Shown here: positions 59,947 to 64,000 of the stretch, in pieces
Layout of the letters: every line of letters begins with the position of its first letter
How positions within the stretch are numbered: position 1 is the first letter of the stretch
From: Basidiobolus meristosporus CBS 931.73
Lineage: Eukaryota; Fungi; Basidiobolomycota
DNA: 64,000 bases
Direction of reading: 5' to 3'
Assembly (NCBI GenBank): GCA_002104905.1
Contig: MCFE01000339.1
Coordinates: 28,073-92,072 of the forward strand
Translations under genes and position numbers: made by a program
Notes under the pieces: model-generated
The model's input: only the letters and a program-made list of their open reading frames with translations
What the model was told of the DNA's origin: nothing
Database searches by the model: none

Positions 59947-62900
59947 TGTTACAAGTCTTGGTATAAGATTTGTAAAGGAATATGGAGTTTAGCTAGTATT
60001 GTATTCACTAAAACCTGAACTGATTTTTATTGAGGTTCCAGCAGCTCCTTATATACATTTTGCCAGATCAATTGCTGACTAATTGTATTTCCTAATGTAG
60101 GTTGTGGCTGATGACTCATTTGATTGCATCATCATCACCCAATAAAATCCTACTTAATATATCTATTTCTGTCTGATAAGGATCTGCTGATTCATTTGCT
60201 GACTAATGCTACTGATTTCATAGATAATACTGATATACTGATAACCTAAACATAACTAATTGATTTGACTAAAAACTGATCTAACTTAGACATTCAAGCG
60301 GCAGATCATTACATTCTCCCCTACTAAAGTTGAGAGGGTTCTTCTGAATCTCTTTTCTTGTGATACCAATATCTTGATGGTTCAGTATTATCAGCAAGTC
60401 TTGCAAGCTTGAGTCTGTCCCTATGCACTAAGTCTTCCCGGATATTGCCTTGTTTGTCCACCAGTTTGTAAGTTGCAAATGGACATTCTCTGATGATCTT
60501 GAATGGTCCTGTCCATTGTGGCTCAAACTTCTACCAAGTGTTGTTTCTTAGCAATACAAAGTTCCCAACTGTCAATGCTTCTGGTGTTATAGTCTTATCA
60601 AATCTCTGCTTCATCTTTTCTGCACTTTGAGATACTTTGGTCTGTGCCTCTTGACGTATTTGTTCCAGTTGCTGGTGTCTACTTGGCTGACTGAGTTCAT
60701 CTTTTAAGGTGTCTGTAAGTTTTGGTTGTGTGAGATCTCCTGGAATCCTTGGTTCACATCCATAAACTAAGTAAAATGGTGATTGCTGGGTGGTGTTGTG
60801 TACTCTGACTCTGCATGCAAAGAGTGCTTGGTCTATATACTCATCCAATCTACTGACAACTCCATTTGCATACCTGGTCAGCATTTTTCCAGATAATCCA
60901 TTAAGCCGCTCAGTGACTCCATTAGTTCTGGGGTGATATGCTGAGGTTTTCAAGTGTCTGATCTGCTGCATTTCCAGGTAAGCCCCTAATGTTTTTGCCA
61001 TAAAGTTTGCACCTCTATTGGATAAGATCTCCACAGGGCATCCAAACTTCATCAGGATCTCATGGTAAATGAAACTTGCAACTTCTTGTTCACTGGCTAT
61101 TGGTACAGCTTTAGCAACTGGCCATTTAGTGGCATGGTCAATTGCTACTAGGATCCAATGGTTGCATTTCCTGGTAGTTGGCAGTCTTCCAATAAAGTCA
61201 ATTCCCCATATCTCAAATGGTCTTACAGGCTCCAAAGGGAAGAGCTTGGCAATTCTTTGTGGCTGGCCTTGATTGATTTAGCAGTTTGGGCATGTTTTTA
61301 CCAGCTTCTCAATGTCTTGTTTCATTCTGGACCACCATGTTCTGGCTTTCACAAGACTATAGGTTCCTTCAATTCCAAGATTTCCATATCCATTGTGTAG
61401 CTTATGTATTAAATCCCGGCAAGAAACATAAGGGCAATAGGCAATAGGGCTTCCATCAACAATTTGGTAGGGTGTCTCATCCTGTACTACAAATTTGCTG
61501 GCTTCATCACGGATTATCTTCTTGATATCTTCATCCACCTCATTAGGAATGGCTTGGTCCTCCAAGTACTTTGGTAATAGGCTAGGCCAATCTGATTCAT
61601 GCACCAAATTGAGTTGTGCAACTTGATCTAATCTTGATAAGGCATCAGCAACCGTGTTGGTTTTTCCAGGGCAGTAGACAATCTCCAGGTCAAATTGCTG
61701 AATGTATTCACTCCATCTTGTCATTCTTCTAGAGAGTACCTTCTGAGTAAGTATATACTTGAGGGAGGAATGATCAGTCTTCACAGTGCATTTGACTCCT
61801 TCAATATAGCATCTCCATGTCTTCAAACAGTGTATTATAGCAAGCATCTCCTTCTCATGGACTGGATAGTTTTGTTCTGCTGAGTTCAGTTTCTTGGATT
61901 CAAAGGCAACAGGGTAGTCCTTTCCCTTGTGTTCTTGGCTCAGCACTCCACCAATTGCATAATCTGAAGCATCTGTGCACAGAGTGAACTCTTTTCTGAA
62001 GTCTGGTATTCTTAAGCTTGGCAGCTTAGCAAGTTCATGCTTGAGCATCTGGAAGGCAGTTTCACAAGCTATGTCCCACTTATAGGCATTGTCATTCTTG
62101 AGGATATCAGTTAAAGGGACTGCAATACTTGCAAAAGACTTGACAAATCTCTGATAATAGGAAACCATTCCAAGGAATGATCTGAGTTCTGATATGCTAT
62201 GGGGCTGCTTCAGATTATTAATAACTTCAACCTTCTTAGGGTCTAAGGTTACTCTTGTGCTAGTCACCATGTGTCCCAGATATTCAATGTGTTTCTTGAA
62301 GAATTCACACTTGGCTAGCTTGCCATATAGCTTGTTCTCTCTTAGCTTCTCCAAGACCTTTTCAATGTGCACTATGTGATCCTCTTCTGTCTTACTGTAT
62401 ATCAATATGTCATCCAGGTAGATTATCACATACTTGTCTAAGTACTCCTGAAAGACAGTATGCATCAGCATCATGAATGTTGCAGAGGCATTAGTGAGGC
62501 CAAGACTCATGACTAAGTACTTGTAATGTCCATATCTGGTCCTAAATGCTGTCTTAGGAATATCTTCTGGTTTCACCCTAATTTGGTTGTATCCTGACAT
62601 GAGGTCAATCTTGCTGAGAATAGTGGCTCCATTAAGTTGGTCCAAAAGCTCATCAATCCAAGGTATGGGGTACTTATTCTTGACGGTAACTGAGCTCAGG
62701 GCTCTGTAGTCAATGCACATCCTAAGTGTTCCATCCTTCTTTTTCACAAAAAGCACTGGTGCTCCCCAGGGTGACTTGCTGGCCTGATGTATCCTTGCTG
62801 CAATAGCTAATCAACTTGTCTCTTCATTTCCTCCAGTTCCAATGGACTCATTCTGTAAGGTGTCTTGCTCACTGGAGGGCTATCTCCTGTGTCAATGGCA

Positions 62901-64000
62901 TGATCCACGTCTCTGACTGGTGGTAGGCTTACAAGCTCATCTGGAAACACGTCCAAATATTTCTTCAAGAGAGTCTGGACCTGCTGGGGTGCTGGGGTAG
63001 CGGAATCCTCCTGTAATACAGCCATGAGGAACATCTGGATACCTTTTCTAAGTGCTCTACAGAACTGGGTCTTGCTAAGTTCACTTGTCTCACACGTACT
63101 GGAATTGACCAAGTTAAAATCCAGCCTGGCAGGTAATAGCTCATAGGTCTTGTTGTCTTTTTGGATCTGAGTAGCATGGGTTCTCCAGTTGATTGATGGA
63201 TTATGACAAAATAGCCTGGTTTTTTCAAGTACAAGGTCAAACTTGCAGTTCCCAAATATATAAGCCTTTAGGTCTTCTTCATAGTCATTGATCTTCATTC
63301 TTACTGGCGGGGTAATACGATTGATTATGTGAGAGTTCCCATCAGCTGCGGAGACTGAAGTTGATTTGGTAGGTTCTGAGTTGATTCCAGCTTTCAAGGC
63401 AAATTGCTCCAACATGTACTCATGCAATGCTCCTGAGTCAATCATGATCTTGGCAGGTACTCCATTAATTACTCCATTCAAGTACAATAACTTCCCTGAG
63501 TTTGAGGTCATTTGGGACAAGTACTCTTCTGTTATATGGAAGGTGAGTTCTGAGTCTTCTTCAAGCTGATCTTCCACATTACTGTGTTCATGGACTCAAT
63601 ATGGTTGAAGGTTCTTGTTGCCTGGTGTCCATTTCTTCTTTGAGGGCAGTGCTTTGCAATATGTCCTTGATGGTGGCAATTGAAGCAAAGTCCTTTCTTC
63701 TTACATTCTTCTGAGGTAGAATTCTTCTGCATAGCATCTATTTCCATTGGTACTGCTTCTGATTGTCTTCTTTCATAATGATTGTAGCCTTTCTGATCAG
63801 TCACTGTAGGCTTCCCAACTCCAAACATAGCTGAGTCATAGTCAATGGCAATCTTGATGGCTTCTTCAATAGTCTGAGGTCTTCAGTAATTCACTTCCTT
63901 GCAAGTTCTTTCTTTCAACCCATCAATGAAGTATTCAACTTGATCCAAGGGGTCCATTCTTTCGATTTGTCCAAGTAGACATCTGTACTCATAGATGTAT
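59947..64000 (-). mobile_element. Gypsy-A element (3' LTR 59947-60313, PPT, int-RNH-RT-protease-gag), running off the window
   Basis: Long minus-strand ORFs at 60531-61235, 61278-62756 (YLDDILIY) and 62807-63577. LTR colinear with 25232-25599. Confidence 0.95.

Overview
This 64 kb window is eukaryotic and is essentially a stack of nested transposable elements. I found no host gene, rRNA, tRNA gene or CRISPR array. A fungal host is inferred from the GGTTATGAGCCC primer-binding site (PBS), which matches the yeast-type tRNA-iMet anticodon arm. Contents: (i) Two Ty1/Copia families, A and B, with 5-bp target-site duplications (TSDs). One Copia-B copy (39001-43686) is intact, with a 1305-aa gag-pol ORF and LTRs differing at 1 of 369 nt. 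(ii) Ty3/Gypsy family A (about 368-bp LTRs, 4-bp TSD) and older chromodomain-bearing Gypsy remnants. (iii) Two families of ~1-kb solo LTRs with 4-bp TSDs. (iv) Three decayed pieces of a CACTA/EnSpm-like element whose transposase is divergently paired with an unknown ~700-aa ORF. (v) A PIF/Harbinger-ISL2EU-type (DDE_Tnp_4) transposon with 3-bp ANT TSDs, plus two classes of MITE sharing its termini, including 733-bp foldback elements. Nesting reaches four levels and older copies show strong CpG decay. The best leads are the ANT-TSD transposon/MITE family, the CACTA-like element with its unknown ORF and a probably captured chromovirus fragment, the PBS ATG that appears to double as the Copia-A gag start codon, and the potentially active Copia-B. 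Family names A-E are my working labels. All alignments and percent identities are hand estimates, and no database search was run.
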